Assembly (NCBI GenBank): GCA_964247055.1
Contig: OZ176056.1
Span: 9,052,001-9,116,000 of the forward strand
Length of the DNA: 64,000 nucleotides
DNA from: Paragordius varius
Taxonomy: Eukaryota > Animalia > Nematomorpha
Direction of reading: 5' to 3'
Shown here piece by piece: positions 39,101-53,800 of the stretch. The position numbers and the translations under genes were made by a program. The notes beneath the pieces are model-generated. The model ran no database searches. It had not been told where the DNA came from and worked only from the letters and a program-made list of their open reading frames with translations. Within the stretch, counting starts at the first letter, position 1. The number at the start of each line of letters is the position of its first letter.

Positions 39101-40079
39101 TTTTATAAATATAGATTACTATAAATAATGTTTTATTATCCATATATCTTTCAACATCCTATACATATGATAGATACTCCTTACTCAGCAGCTATCGTCA
39201 AAGAAACGCTTGACTAAAATTGCCTTTTAAAAGGGAATACTAAAAATCCTTATCGAATTTTTACAGTCTCATACCTTGGGCAGAAAAACAATCAAAAAAT
39301 TATTTTTGTGGACTTTTTTTTTTGAAAAAGGTGTCATTTTACGGGGGAGCGTGTAAAAAGAGGGACTAAGTTCAAAAAACGATACGACTATGTTCAGCGC
39401 GACCGAAAATAAGCAAAAATTATATTTGAAATTGGATGGTCCAACACGTTCTCCGGAAAATTGTCTAAAAGACACGATTTTTGTGGACGTCTTTTTTCAA
39501 AAAAACCCATTTTTCTCACGGGGTGGGCCCGAACTGGGGGCCTATTTCAAAAAACGGGTGAAGCTATTGTCGGGGTATTCATTCAAGATTATATTTTTTC
39601 GATGTTTGGATTTGAATGGGTCTACCGGTTTTCCTGTAGCAGATCATAAAGCCAGCATTTTCCATTTTTATAAATATATAGATTACTATAAATAATGTTT
39701 TATTGTCCATATATCTTTTAACATCCTATACATATGATAGATACTCCTTATCAGCAGCTATCATCAAAGAAACGGTGGACTAAAATTTTTGCCTTTTAAC
39801 AGGGAATATGTGGAATCCATATTGAATTTTTACGGTCTCATAGCTTAGGCAAAAAATCGATTAAAAAAATATTTTTGTGGACTTTGTTTTTTTGAAAAAG
39901 GTGGCATTTTACGGGGGGAGCGGGTAAAAAGAGGCCCTAAATCAAAAAAGTGAGTCGACTATGTTCGGCGCGATCGAAAATAAGCAAAAATTATATTTGA
40001 AATTGGATGGTCCAACACGTTCTCCGGAAAATTGTCTCAAAGACACGATTTTTGTGGACGTCTGTTTTCAAAAAAAACC

Positions 40080-42710
40080 CATTTTTCACATGGGGTTGGC
40101 CCGAACTGGGGGTCTATTTCAAAAAACGGGCGAAGCTATTGTCGGGGCATTCATTCAAGATTATATTTTTTCGATGTTTGGATTTAAATAGGTCTACCGG
40201 TTTTCCTGTATCAGATCACAAAGCCAGCATTTTCCATTTTTATAAATATAGATTACTATAAATAATGTTTTTTTATCCATATATCTTTCAACATCCTATA
40301 CATATGATAGATACTCCTTACTCAGCAGCTATCGTCAAAGAAACGCTTGACTAAAATTTTTGCCTTTTAAGAGGGAATACTAAAAATCGTTACCGAATTT
40401 TTACAGTCACATACCTTGGGCAGAAAAACAATCAAAAAATTATTTTTGTGGACTTTGTTTTTTTTTGAAAAAGGTGGCATTTTACGGGGGGAGCGGGTAA
40501 AAAGAGGGACTAAGTTAAAAAAGCGAGACGACTATGTTCGGCGCAATCGAAATTAACTAAATAAAAATCATATTTGAAATTGAATGGTCCAACACTTTCT
40601 CCGGAAAATTCTCTCAAAGACACGATTTTTGTGGACGTCTGTTTTCAAAAAAAACCATTTTTCACATGGGGTGGGCCCGAACTGGGGGCCTATTTCAAAA
40701 AACGGGTGAAGCTATTGTCGGGGCATTCATTCAAGATTATATTTTTTGGATTTGAATGGGTCTACCGGATTTCCTGTAGCAGATCACAAAGCCAGCATTT
40801 TCCATTTTTATAAATATATAGATTACCATAAATAATGTTTTTTTATCCATATATCTTTTAACATCCTATACATATGATAGATACTCCTTACTCAGCAGCT
40901 ATCATCAAAGAAACGGTGGACTAAAGTTTTGGCCTTTTAACAGGGAATACGTGGAATCCATATTGAATTTTTACGGTCTCATACCTTAGGCAAAAAATCG
41001 ATTAAAAAAATATTTTTGTGGACTTTGTTCTTTGAAAAAGGTGGCATTTTACGGGGGGAGCGGGTAAAAAGAGGCCCTAAATCAAAAAAGTGAATCGACT
41101 ATGTTCAGCGCGATCGAAAATAAGCAAAAATTATATTTGAAATTGGATGGTCCAACACGTTCTCCGGAAAATTCTCTCAAAGACACGATTTTTGTGGGCG
41201 TCTGTTTTCAAAAAAAACCGTTTTTCACACGGAGTGAGCCCGAACTGGGGGCCTATTTTAAAAAACGGGCGAAGCTATTGTCGGGGCATTCATTCAAGAT
41301 TATATTTTTTCGATGTTTGGATTTGAATGGGTCTACCATTTTTCCTGTAGCAGATCACAAAGCCAGCATTTTCCATTTTTATAAATATATAGATTTCTAT
41401 AAATAATGTTTTATTATCCATATATCTTTTAACATCCTATACATATGATAGATACTCCTTACTCAGCAGCTATCATCAAAGAAACGGTGGACTAAAATTT
41501 TTGCCTTTTAACAGGGAATACGTGGAATCCACATTGAATTTTTACGGTCTCATACCTTAGGCAAAAAATCGATTAAAAAAATATTTTTGTGGACTTTGTT
41601 TTTTTGAAAAAGGTGGCATTTTACGGGGGGAGCGGGTAAAAAGAGGCCCTAAATCAAAAAAGTGAGTCGACTATGTTCGGCGCAATCGAAATTAACTAAA
41701 TAAAAATCATATTTGAAATTGAATGGTCCAACACGTTCTCCGGAAAATTCTCTCAAAGACACGATTTTTGTGGACGTCTTTTTTCAAAAAAACCCATTTT
41801 TCACATGGGGTTGGCCCGAACTGGGGGTCTATTTCAAAAAACGGGCGAAGCTATTGTCGGGGCATTCATTCAAGATTATATTTTTCCGATGTTTGGATTT
41901 AAATAGGTCTACCGGTTTTCCTGTAGCAGATCACAAAGCCAGCATTTTCCATTTTTATAAATATATAGATTACTATAAATAATGTTTTGTTATCCATATA
42001 TCTTTTAACATCCTATACATATGATAGATACTCCTTACTCAGCAGCTATCGTCAAAGAAACGCTTGACTAAAATTTTTGCCTTTTAAGAGGGAATACTAA
42101 AAATCGTTACCGAATTTTTACAGTCACATACCTTGGGCAGAAAAACAATCAAAAAATTATTTTTGTGGACTTTGTTTTTTTTTGAAAAAGGTGGCATTTT
42201 ACGGGGGGAGCGGGTAAAAAGAGGGACTAAGTTAAAAAAGCGAGACGACTATGTTCGGCGCAATCGAAATTAACTAAATAAAAATCATATTTGAAATTGA
42301 ATGGTCCAACACTTTCTCCGGAAAATTCTCTCAAAGACACGATTTTTGTGGACGTCTGTTTTCAAAAAAAACCATTTTTCACATGGGGTGGGCCCGAACT
42401 GGGGGCCTATTTCAAAAAACGGGTGAAGCTATTGTCGGGGCATTCATTCAAGATTATATTTTTTGGATTTGAATGGGTCTACCGGATTTCCTGTAGCAGA
42501 TCACAAAGCCAGCATTTTCCATTTTTATAAATATATAGATTACCATAAATAATGTTTTTTTATCCATATATCTTTTAACATCCTATACATATGATAGATA
42601 CTCCTTACTCAGCAGCTATCATCAAAGAAACGGTGGACTAAAGTTTTGGCCTTTTAACAGGGAATACGTGGAATCCATATTGAATTTTTACGGTCTCATA
42701 CCTTAGGCAG
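40080..42710 (+). repeat. Partial trimer-offset duplication (1717 bp)
   Basis: Markers AAATCGTTACCGAA, CAGTCACATACC, CAACACTTTCTCC, the ATATTTTTTGGATTTG deletion and AAGTTTTGGCC occur in ~40080-40990 and again 1717 bp later. Confidence 0.85.
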
Positions 42711-45700
42711 AAAAACAATCAAAAAATTATTTTTGTGGACTTTGTTTTTTTTTGAAAAAGATGGCATTTTACGGGGGGAGCGGGTAAAAAGAGGGACTAA
42801 GTTAAAAAAGCGAGACGACTATGTTCGGCGCAATCGAAAATAACTAAATAAAAATCATATTTGAAATTGAATGGTCCAACACGTTCTCCGGAAAATTCTC
42901 TCAAAGACACGATTTTTGTGGACGTCTGTTTTCAAAAAAACCCATTTTTCACACGGGGTGGGCCCGAACTGTGGGCCTATTTCAAAAAACGGGTGAAGCT
43001 ATTGACGGGGCATTCATTCAAGATTATATTTTTTCGATGTTTGTATTTGAATGGGTCTACCGGTTTTCCTGTAGCAGATCACAAAGCCAGCATTTTCCAT
43101 TTTTATAAATATATAGATTTCTATAAATAATGTTTTATTATCCATATATCTTTTAACATCCTATACATATGATAGATACTCCTTACTCAGCAGCTATCGT
43201 CAAAGAAACGCTTGACTTAAATTTTTGCCTTTTAAGAAGGAATACTAAAAATACTTATCGTATTTACAGTCTCATACCTTGGGCAGAAAAACAATCAAAA
43301 AATTATTTTTGTGGACTTTGTTTTTTTTTTGAAAAAGGTGGCATTTTACGGGGGGAGCGGGTAAAAAGAGGGACTAAGTTAAAAAAGCGAGACGACTATG
43401 TTCGGCGCAATCGAAAATAACTAAATAAAAATCATATTTGAAATTGAATGGTCCAACACGTTCTCCGGAAAATTCTCTCAAAGACACGATTTTTGTGGAC
43501 GTCTGTTTTCAAAAAAAAAACGTTTTTCACACGGAGTGAGCCCGAACTGGGGGCCTATTTCAAAAAACGGGCGAAGCTATTGTCGGGGCATTCATTCAAG
43601 ATTATACTTTTTCGATATTTGGATTTGAATGGGTCTACCGGTTTTCCTGTAGCAGATCACAAAGCCAGCATTTTCCATTTTTATAAATATAGATTACTAT
43701 AAATAATGTTTTATTATCCATATATTTTTCAACATCCTATACATATGATAGATACTCCTTACTCAGCAGCTATCGTCAAAGAAACGCTTGACTAATATTT
43801 TTGCCATTTAAGAAGGAATACTAAAAATCCTTATCGAATTTTTACAGTCTCATACCTTGGGCAGAAAAACAATCAAAAAATTATTTTTGTGGACTTTGTT
43901 TTTTTTTTGAAAAAGGTGGCATTTTGTGGGAGCGGGTAAAAAGAGGGACTAAGTTAAAAAAGCGAGACGACTATGTTTGGCGCAATCGAAAATAACTAAA
44001 TAAAAATCATATTTGAAATTGAATGGTCCAACACGTTCTCCGGAAAATTGTCTCAAAGACACGATTTTTGTGGACGTCTGTTTTCAAAAACACACCCATT
44101 TTTCACACGGGGTAGGCCCGAACTGGGGGCCTATTTCAAAAAACGGGTGAAGCTATTGACGGGGCATTCATTCAAGATTATATTTTTTCGATGTTTGTAT
44201 TTGAATGGGTCTACCGGTTTTCCTGTAGCAGATCACAAAGCCAGCATTTTCCATTTTTATAAATATATAGATTTCTATAAATAATGTTTTATTATCCATA
44301 TATCTTTTAACATCCTATACATATGATAGATACTCCTTACTCAGCAGCTATCGTCAAAGAAACGCTTGACTTAAATTTTTGCCTTTTAAGAAGGAATACT
44401 AAAAATACTTATCGTATTTACAGTCTCATACCTTGGGCAGAAAAACAATCAAAAAATTATTTTTGTGGACTTTGTTTTTTTTTTGAAAAAGGTGGCATTT
44501 TACGGGGGGAGCGGGTAAAAAGAGGGACTAAGTTAAAAAAGCGAGACGACTATGTTCGGCGCAATCGAAAATAACTAAATAAAAATCATATTTGAAATTG
44601 AATGGTCCAACACGTTCTCCGGAAAATTCTCTCAAAGACACGATTTTTGTGGACGTCTGTTTTCAAAAAAAAAACGTTTTTCACACGGAGTGAGCCCGAA
44701 CTGGGGGCCTATTTCAAAAAACGGGCGAAGCTATTGTCGGGGCATTCATTCAAGATTATACTTTTTCGATATTTGGATTTGAATGGGTCTACCGGTTTTC
44801 CTGTAGCAGATCACAAAGCCAGCATTTTCCATTTTTATAAATATAGATTACTATAAATAATGTTTTATTATCCATATATTTTTCAACATCCTATACATAT
44901 GATAGATACTCCTTACTCAGCAGCTATCGTCAAAGAAACGCTTGACTAATATTTTTGCCATTTAAGAAGGAATACTAAAAATCCTTATCGAATTTTTACA
45001 GTCTCATACCTTGGGCAGAAAAACAATCAAAAAATTATTTTTGTGGACTTTGTTTTTTTTTTGAAAAAGGTGGCATTTTGTGGGAGCGGGTAAAAAGAGG
45101 GACTAAGTTAAAAAAGCGAGACGACTATGTTTGGCGCAATCGAAAATAACTAAATAAAAATCATATTTGAAATTGAATGGTCCAACACGTTCTCCGGAAA
45201 ATTGTCTCAAAGACACGATTTTTGTGGACGTCTGTTTTCAAAAACACACCCATTTTTCACACGGGGTAGGCCCGAACTGGGGGCCTATTTCAAAAACACG
45301 GGCGAAGCTATTGACGGGGCATTCATTCAAGATTATATTTTTTCGATGTTTGTATTTGAATGGATCTACCGGTTTTCCTGTAGCAGATCACAAAGCCAGC
45401 ATTTTCCATTTTTATAAATATATAGATTTCTATAAATAATGTTTTATTATCCATATATCTTTTAACATCCTATACATATGATAGATACTCCTTACTCAGC
45501 AGCTATCGTCAAAGAAACGCTTGACTAAAATTTTTGCCTTTTAAGAAGGAATACTAAAAATCCTTATCGAATTTTTACAGTCTCATACCTTGGGGAGAAA
45601 AACAATCAAAAAATTATTTTTGTGGACTTTGTTTTTTTTTTGAAAAAGGTGGTTTACGGGGGGAGCGGGTAAAAAGAGGGACTAAGTTAAAAAAGCGAGA

Positions 45701-48700
45701 CGACTATGTTCGGCGCAATCGAAAATAACTAAATAAAAATTATATTAGAAATTGGATGATCCAACACGTTCTCCGGAAAATTGTCTCAAAGACACGATTT
45801 TTGTGGACGTCTGTTTTCAAAAAAACCCATTTTTCACACGGGGTGGGCCCGAACTGTGGGCCTATTTCAAAAAACGGGTGAAGCTATTGACGGGGCATTC
45901 ATTCAAGATTATATTTTTTCGATGTTTGTATTTGAATGGGTCTACCGGTTTTCCTGTAGCAGATCACAAAGCCAGCATTTTCCATTTTTATAAATATATA
46001 GATTTCTATAAATAATGTTTTATTATCCATATATCTTTTAACATCCTATACATATGATAGATACTCCTTACTCAGCAGCTATCGTCAAAGAAACGCTTGA
46101 CTTAAATTTTTGCCTTTTAAGAAGGAATACTAAAAATCCTTATCGAATTTTTACAGTCTCATACCTTGGGGAGAAAAACAATCAAAAAATTATTTTTGTG
46201 GACTTTGTTTTTTTTTTGAAAAAGGTGGTTTACGGGGGGAGCGGGTAAAAAGAGGGACTAAGTTAAAAAAGCGAGACGACTATGTTCGGCGCAATCGAAA
46301 ATAACTAAATAAAAATTATATTAGAAATTGGATGATCCAACACGTTCTCCGGAAATTTGTCTCAAAGACACGATTTTTGTGGACGTCTGTTTTCAAAAAA
46401 ACCCATTTTTCACACGGGGTGGGCCCGAACTGTGGGCCTATTTCAAAAAACGGGTGAAGCTATTGTCGGGGCATTCATCCAAGATTATATTTTTTCGATG
46501 TTTGGATTTGAATGGGTCTACCGGTTTTCCTGTAGCAGATCACAAAGCCAGCATTTTCCATTTTTATAAATATATAGATTACTATAAATAATGTTTTATT
46601 ATCCATATATCTTTTAACATCCTATACATATGATAGATACTCCTTACTCAGCAGCTATCATCAAAGAAACGGTGGACTAAAATTTTTGCCTTTTAACAGG
46701 GAATACGTGGAATCCACATTGAATTTTTACGGTCTCATACCTTAGGCAAAAAATCGATTAAAAAAATATTTTTGTGGACTTTGTTTTTTTTGAAAAAGGT
46801 GGCATTTTACGGGGGGAGCGGGTAAAAAGAGAGACTAATTTTAAAAAGCGAGACGACTATGTTCGGCGCAATCGAAAATAACTAAATAAAAATTATATTA
46901 GAAATTGGATGGTCCAACACGTTCTCCGGAAAATTGTCTCAAAGACACGATTTTTGTGAACGTCTGTTTTCAAAAACACACCCATTTTTCACACGGGGTG
47001 GGCCCGAACTGGGGGCCTATTTCAAAAACACGGGCGAAGCTATTGACGGGGCATTCATTCAAGATTATATTTTTTCGATGTTTGTATTTGAATGGATCTA
47101 CCGGTTTTCCTGTAGCAGATCACAAAGCCAGCATTTTCCATTTTTATAAATATATAGATTTCTATAAATAATGTTTTATTATCCATATATCTTTTAACAT
47201 CCTATACATATGATAGATACTCCTTACTCAGCAGCTATCGTCAAAGAAACGCTTGACTAAAATTTTTGCCTTTTAAGAAGGAATACTAAAAATCCTTATC
47301 GAATTTTTACAGTCTCATACCTTGGGGAGAAAAACAATCAAAAAATTATTTTTGTGGACTTTGTTTTTTTTTTGAAAAAGGTGGTTTACGGGGGGAGCGG
47401 GTAAAAAGAGGGACTAAGTTAAAAAAGCGAGACGACTATGTTCGGCGCAATCGAAAATAACTAAATAAAAATTATATTAGAAATTGGATGATCCAACACG
47501 TTCTCCGGAAAATTGTCTCAAAGACACGATTTTTGTGGACGTCTGTTTTCAAAAAAACCCATTTTTCACACGGGGTGGGCCCGAACTGTGGGCCTATTTC
47601 AAAAAACGGGTGAAGCTATTGACGGGGCATTCATTCAAGATTATATTTTTTCGATGTTTGTATTTGAATGGGTCTACCGGTTTTCCTGTAGCAGATCACA
47701 AAGCCAGCATTTTCCATTTTTATAAATATATAGATTTCTATAAATAATGTTTTATTATCCATATATCTTTTAACATCCTATACATATGATAGATACTCCT
47801 TACTCAGCAGCTATCGTCAAAGAAACGCTTGACTTAAATTTTTGCCTTTTAAGAAGGAATACTAAAAATCCTTATCGAATTTTTACAGTCTCATACCTTG
47901 GGGAGAAAAACAATCAAAAAATTATTTTTGTGGACTTTTTTTTTTTTTGAAAAAGGTGGTTTACGGGGGGAGCGGGTAAAAAGAGGGACTAAGTTAAAAA
48001 AGCGAGACGACTATGTTCGGCGCAATCGAAAATAACTAAATAAAAATTATATTAGAAATTGGATGATCCAACACGTTCTCCGGAAATTTGTCTCAAAGAC
48101 ACGATTTTTGTGGACGTCTGTTTTCAAAAAAACCCATTTTTCACACGGGGTGGGCCCGAACTGTGGGCCTATTTCAAAAAACGGGTGAAGCTATTGTCGG
48201 GGCATTCATCCAAGATTATATTTTTTCGATGTTTGGATTTGAATGGGTCTACCGGTTTTCCTGTAGCAGATCACAAAGCCAGCATTTTCCATTTTTATAA
48301 ATATATAGATTACTATAAATAATGTTTTATTATCCATATATCTTTTAACATCCTATACATATGATAGATACTCCTTACTCAGCAGCTATCATCAAAGAAA
48401 CGGTGGACTAAAATTTTTGCCTTTTAACAGGGAATACGTGGAATCCACATTGAATTTTTACGGTCTCATACCTTAGGCAAAAAATCGATTAAAAAAATAT
48501 TTTTGTGGACTTTGTTTTTTTTGAAAAAGGTGGCATTTTACGGGGGGAGCGGGTAAAAAGAGAGACTAATTTTAAAAAGCGAGACGACTATGTTCGGCGC
48601 AATCGAAAATAACTAAATAAAAATTATATTAGAAATTGGATGGTCCAACACGTTCTCCGGAAAATTGTCTCAAAGACACGATTTTTGTGAACGTCTGTTT

Positions 48701-50349
48701 TCAAAAACACACCCATTTTTCACACGGGGTGGGCCCGAACTGGGGGCCTATTTCAAAAAAACGGGCGAAGCTATTGACGGGGCATTCATTCAAGATTATA
48801 TTTTTTCGATGTTTGTATTTGAATGGGTCTACCGGTTTTCCTGTAGCAGATCACAAAGCCAGCATATTCCATTTTTATAAATATATAGATTTCTATAAAT
48901 AATGTTTTATTATCCATATATCTTTTAACATCCTATACATATGATAGATACTCCTTACTCAGCACCTATCGTCAAAGAAACGCTTGACTAAAATTTTTGC
49001 CTTTTAAGAAGGAATACTAAAAACCTTATCGAATTTTTACAGTCTCATACCTTGGGCAGAAAAACAATCAAAAAATTATTTTTGTGGACTTTGTTTTTTT
49101 TTGAAAAAGGTGGCATTTTACGGGGGGAGCGGGTAAAAAGAGGGACTAAGTTAAAAACGCGAGACGACTATGTTCGGCGCAATCGATAATAACTAAATAA
49201 AAATCATATTTGAAATTGAATGGTCCAACACGTTCTCCGGAAAATTCACTCAAAGACACGATTTTTGTGGACGTCTGTTTTCATAAAAAACCCATTTTTC
49301 ACATGGGGTGGGCCCGAACTGGGGGCCTATTCAAAAAACGGGCGAAGCTATTGTCGGGGCATTCATTCAAGATTATATTTTTTCGATATTTGTATTTTAA
49401 TGGGTCTACCGGTTTTCCTGTAGCAGATCACAAAGCCAGCATTTTCCATTTTTATAAATATAGATTACTATAAATAATGTTTTATTATCCATATATCTTT
49501 CAACATCCTATACATATGATAGATACTCCTTACTCAGCAGCTATCGACAAAGAAACGCTTGACTAAAATTTTTGCCTTTTAAGAGGGAATACTAAAAATT
49601 CTTATCGAATTTTTACAGTCTCATACCTTGGGCAGAAAAACAATCAAAAAATTATTTTTGTGGACTTTTTTTTTGAAAAAGGTGTCATTTTACGGGGGGA
49701 GCGTGTAAAAAGAGGGACTAAGTTCAAAAAACGATACGACTATGTTCAGCGCGACCGAAAATAAGCAAAAATTATATTTGAAATTGGATGGTCCAACACG
49801 TTCTCCGGAAAATTGTCTAAAAGACACGATTTTTGTGGACGTCTTTTTTCAAAAAAACCCATTTTTCACACGGGGTGGGCCCGAACTGGGGGCCTATTTC
49901 AAAAAACGGGCGAGCTATTGTAGGGGCATTCATTCAAGATTATATTTTTTCGATGTTTGTATTTGAATGGGTCTACCGGTTTTCCTGTAGCAGATCACAA
50001 AGCCAGCATTTTCCATTTTTATAAATATATAGATTACTATAAATAATGTTTTATTATATATATATCTTTTAACATCCTATACATATGATAGATACTCCTT
50101 CAGCAGCTATAATCAAAGAAACGCTTGACTAAAATTTTTGCCTTTAAAGAGGAATACTAAAAATCCTTATCGAATTTTTACAGTCTCATACCTTGGGCAG
50201 AAAAACAATCAAAAAATTATTTTTGTGGACTTTGTTTTTTTTTGATAAAGGTGGCATTTTACGTTGGGAGCGGGTAAAAAGAGGGACTAAGTTAAAAAAG
50301 CGAGACGACTATGTTCGGCGCAATCGAAAATAACTAAATAAAATCATAT

Positions 50350-50846
50350 TTGAAATTGAATGGTCCAACACGTTCTCCGGAAATACACGATTTTTGTGGA
50401 CTTCTGTTTTCAAAAAAAACCGTTTTTCACACGGGGTGGGCCCGAACTGGGGGCCTATTTCAAAAAACGGGCGAAGCTATTGTCGGGACATTTATTAAAG
50501 ATTATTTCGATATTTGGATTTGATTGATTCACCGGTTTTCCGGAAACACTTCACAAAGTTACATGAAAAATCATTTTTAGCGGGTAGCTCCTTACCCAGC
50601 AGCTATCATCAAAGAAACGTTGGACTAAAATTTTTGCCTTTTAACAGGGAATACGTGGAATCCATATTGAATTTTTACGGTCTCATACCTTAAGCAAAAA
50701 ATCGATTAAAAAAAATATTTTTGTGGACTTTGTTTTTTTGAAAAAGGTGGCATTTTACGTTGGGAGCGGGTAAAAAGAGGGACTAAGATAAAAAAGCGAG
50801 ACGACTATGTTCGGCGCAATCGAAAATAACTAAACAAAAATTATAT
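50350..50846 (+). repeat. Divergent short monomer (497 bp) lacking the AT-rich block
   Basis: Anchor spacing is 497 bp. The segment 50542-50587 (GGAAACACTTCACAAAGTTACATGAAAAATCATTTTTAGCGGGTAG, 46 bp) replaces the usual 109 bp between ACCGGTTTTCC and CTCCTTA. I saw it only once in the window. Confidence 0.93.
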
Positions 50847-53800
50847 TTGAAATTGGATGGTCCAACACGTTCTCCGGAAAATTGTCTCAAAGACACGATT
50901 TTTGTGGGCGTCTGTTTTCAAAAAAAACCCATTTTCCACATGGGGTGGGCCCGAACTGTGAGTCTATTTCAAAAAACGGACGAAGCTATTGTCGAGGCAT
51001 TCATTCAAGATTATATTTTTTCGATGTTTGGATTTGAATGGGTCTACCGGTTTTCCTGTATCAGATCACAAAGCCAGCATTTTCCATTTTTATAAATATA
51101 TAGATTACCATAAATAATGTTTTATTATCCATATATCTTTTAACATCCTATACATATGATAGATACTCCTTACTCAGCAGCTATCATCAAAGAAACGCTT
51201 GACTAAAATTTTTGCCTTTTAACAGGGAATACGTGTAATCCATATTGAATTTATACAGTCTCATACCTTAGGCAGAAAAACAATCTAAAAAATTATTTTT
51301 ATGGACTTTGTTTTTTTTGAAAAAGGTGGCATTTTACGGGGGGAGCGGGTAAAAAGAGGGACTAAGATAAAAAAGTGAGTCGACTATGTTCAGCGCGATC
51401 GAAAATAAGAAAATTATATTTGAAATTGGATGGTCCAACATGTTCTCCAGAAAATTGTCTCAAAGACACGATTTTTGTGGACGTCTGTTTTCATAAAAAA
51501 CCCATTTTTCACATGGGGTGGGCCCGAACTGGGGGCCTATTCAAAAAACGGGCGAAGCTATTGTCGGGGCATTCATTCAAGATTATATTTTTTCGATATT
51601 TGTATTTTAATGGGTCTACCGGTTTTCCTGTAGCAGATCACAAAGCCAGGATTTTCCATTTTTATAAATATATAGATTACTATAAATAATGTTTTATTAT
51701 CCATATTAAACATCCTATACATATGATAGATACTCCTTACTCAGCAGCTATCATCAAAGAAACGCTTGACTAAAATTTTTGCCTTTAAAGAGGAATACTA
51801 AAAATCCTTTACGAATTTTTACAGTCTTATACCTTGGGCAGAAAAACAATCAAAAAATTATTTTTGTGGATTTTGTTTTTTTTTGAAAAAGGTGGCATTT
51901 TACGCGGGGAGCGGGTAAAAAGAGGGACTAAGTTAAAAAAGCGAGACGACTATGTTCGGCGCAATCGAAAATAACTAAATAAAAATCATATTTGAAATTG
52001 GATGGTCCAACACGTTCTCCGGAAAATTGTCTCAAAGACACGATTTTTGTGGACTTATGTTTTCAAAAAAAAACCGTTTTTAACACGGGGCGGGCCCGAA
52101 CTGGGGGCCTATTTCAAAAAACGGGCGAAGCTATTGTCGAAGCATTCATTCAAGATTATATTTTTATAATGTTTGGATTTGAATGGGTCTACCGGTCTTC
52201 CTGTAGCAGATCACAAAGCCAGCATTTTCCATTTTTATAAATATATAGATTACCATAAATAATGTTTTATTATCCATATATCTTTTAACATCCTATACAT
52301 ATGATAGATACTCCTTACTCAGCAGCTATCATCAAAGAAACGCTTGACTAAAATTTTTGCCTTTTAAGAGGTAATACTAAAAATCCTTATCGAATTTTTG
52401 CAGTCTTATACCTTGGGCAGAAAAACAATCAAAATATTATTTTTGTGGACTTTGTTTTTTTTTGAAAAAGGTGTCATTTAACGTTGGGAGCGGGTAAAAA
52501 GAGGGACTAAGTTAAAAAAGCGAGACGACTATGTTCGGCGCAATCGAAAATAACTAAATTAATTCATATTTGAAATTGAATGGTCCAACACGTTCTCCGG
52601 AAATACACGATTTTTGTGGACTTCTGTTTTCAAAAAAAAACCGTTTTTCACACGGGGTGGGCCCGAACTGGGGGCCTATTTCAAAAAACGGGCGAAGCTA
52701 TTGTCGGGGCATTCATTCAAGATTATATTTTTTCGATGTTTGTATTTGAATGGGTCTACCGGTTTTCCTGTAGCAGATCACAAAGCCAGGATTTTCCATT
52801 TTTATAAATATATAGATTACTATAAATAATGTTTTATTATCCATATTAAACATCCTATACATATGATAGATACTCCTTACTCAGCAGCTATCATCAAAGA
52901 AACGCTTGACTAAAATTTTTGCCTTTAAAGAGGAATACTAAAAATCCTTTACGAATTTTTACAGTCTTATACCTTGGGCAGAAAAACAATCAAAAAAATA
53001 TTTTTGTGGACTTTGTTTTTTATGAAAAAGGTGGCATTTTACGGGGGGAGCGGGTAAAAAGAGGGACTAAGATAAAAAAGTGAGTCGACTATGTTTAGCA
53101 CGATCGAAAATAAGAAAATTATATTTGAAATTGGATGGTCCAACATGTTCTCCGGAAAATTGTCTCAAAGACACGATTTTTGTGGACTTCTGTTGTTTTC
53201 AAAAAAAACGGTTTTTCAGACGGAGTGAGCCCGAACTGGGGGCCTATTTCAAAAAACGGGCGAAGCTATTGTCGGGGCATTCATTCAAGATTATATTTTT
53301 TCGATGTTTGTATTTGAATGGGTCTACCGGTTTTCCTGTAGCAGATCACAAAGCCAGCATTTTCCATTTTTATAAATATATAGATTACTATAAATAATAT
53401 TTTATTATCCATATTAAACATCCTATAAATATGATAGATACTCCTTACTCAGCAGCTATCATCAAAGAAACGCTTGACTAAAATTTTTGCCTTTAAAGAG
53501 GAATACTAAAAATCCTTTACGAATTTTTACAGTCTTATACCTTGGGCAGAAAAACAATCAAAAAATTATTTTTGTGGACTTTGTTTTTTTTGAAAAAGGT
53601 GGCATTTTACGGGGGGGAGCGGGTAAAAAGAGGGACTAAGTTAAAAAATCGAGACGACTATGTTCGGCGCAATCGAAAATAACTAAATAAAAATCATATT
53701 TGAAATTGAATGGTCCAACACGTTCTCCGGAAATACACGATATTTGTGGACTTCTGTTTTCAAAAAAAAACCGTTTTTCACACGGGGTGGGCCCGAACTT

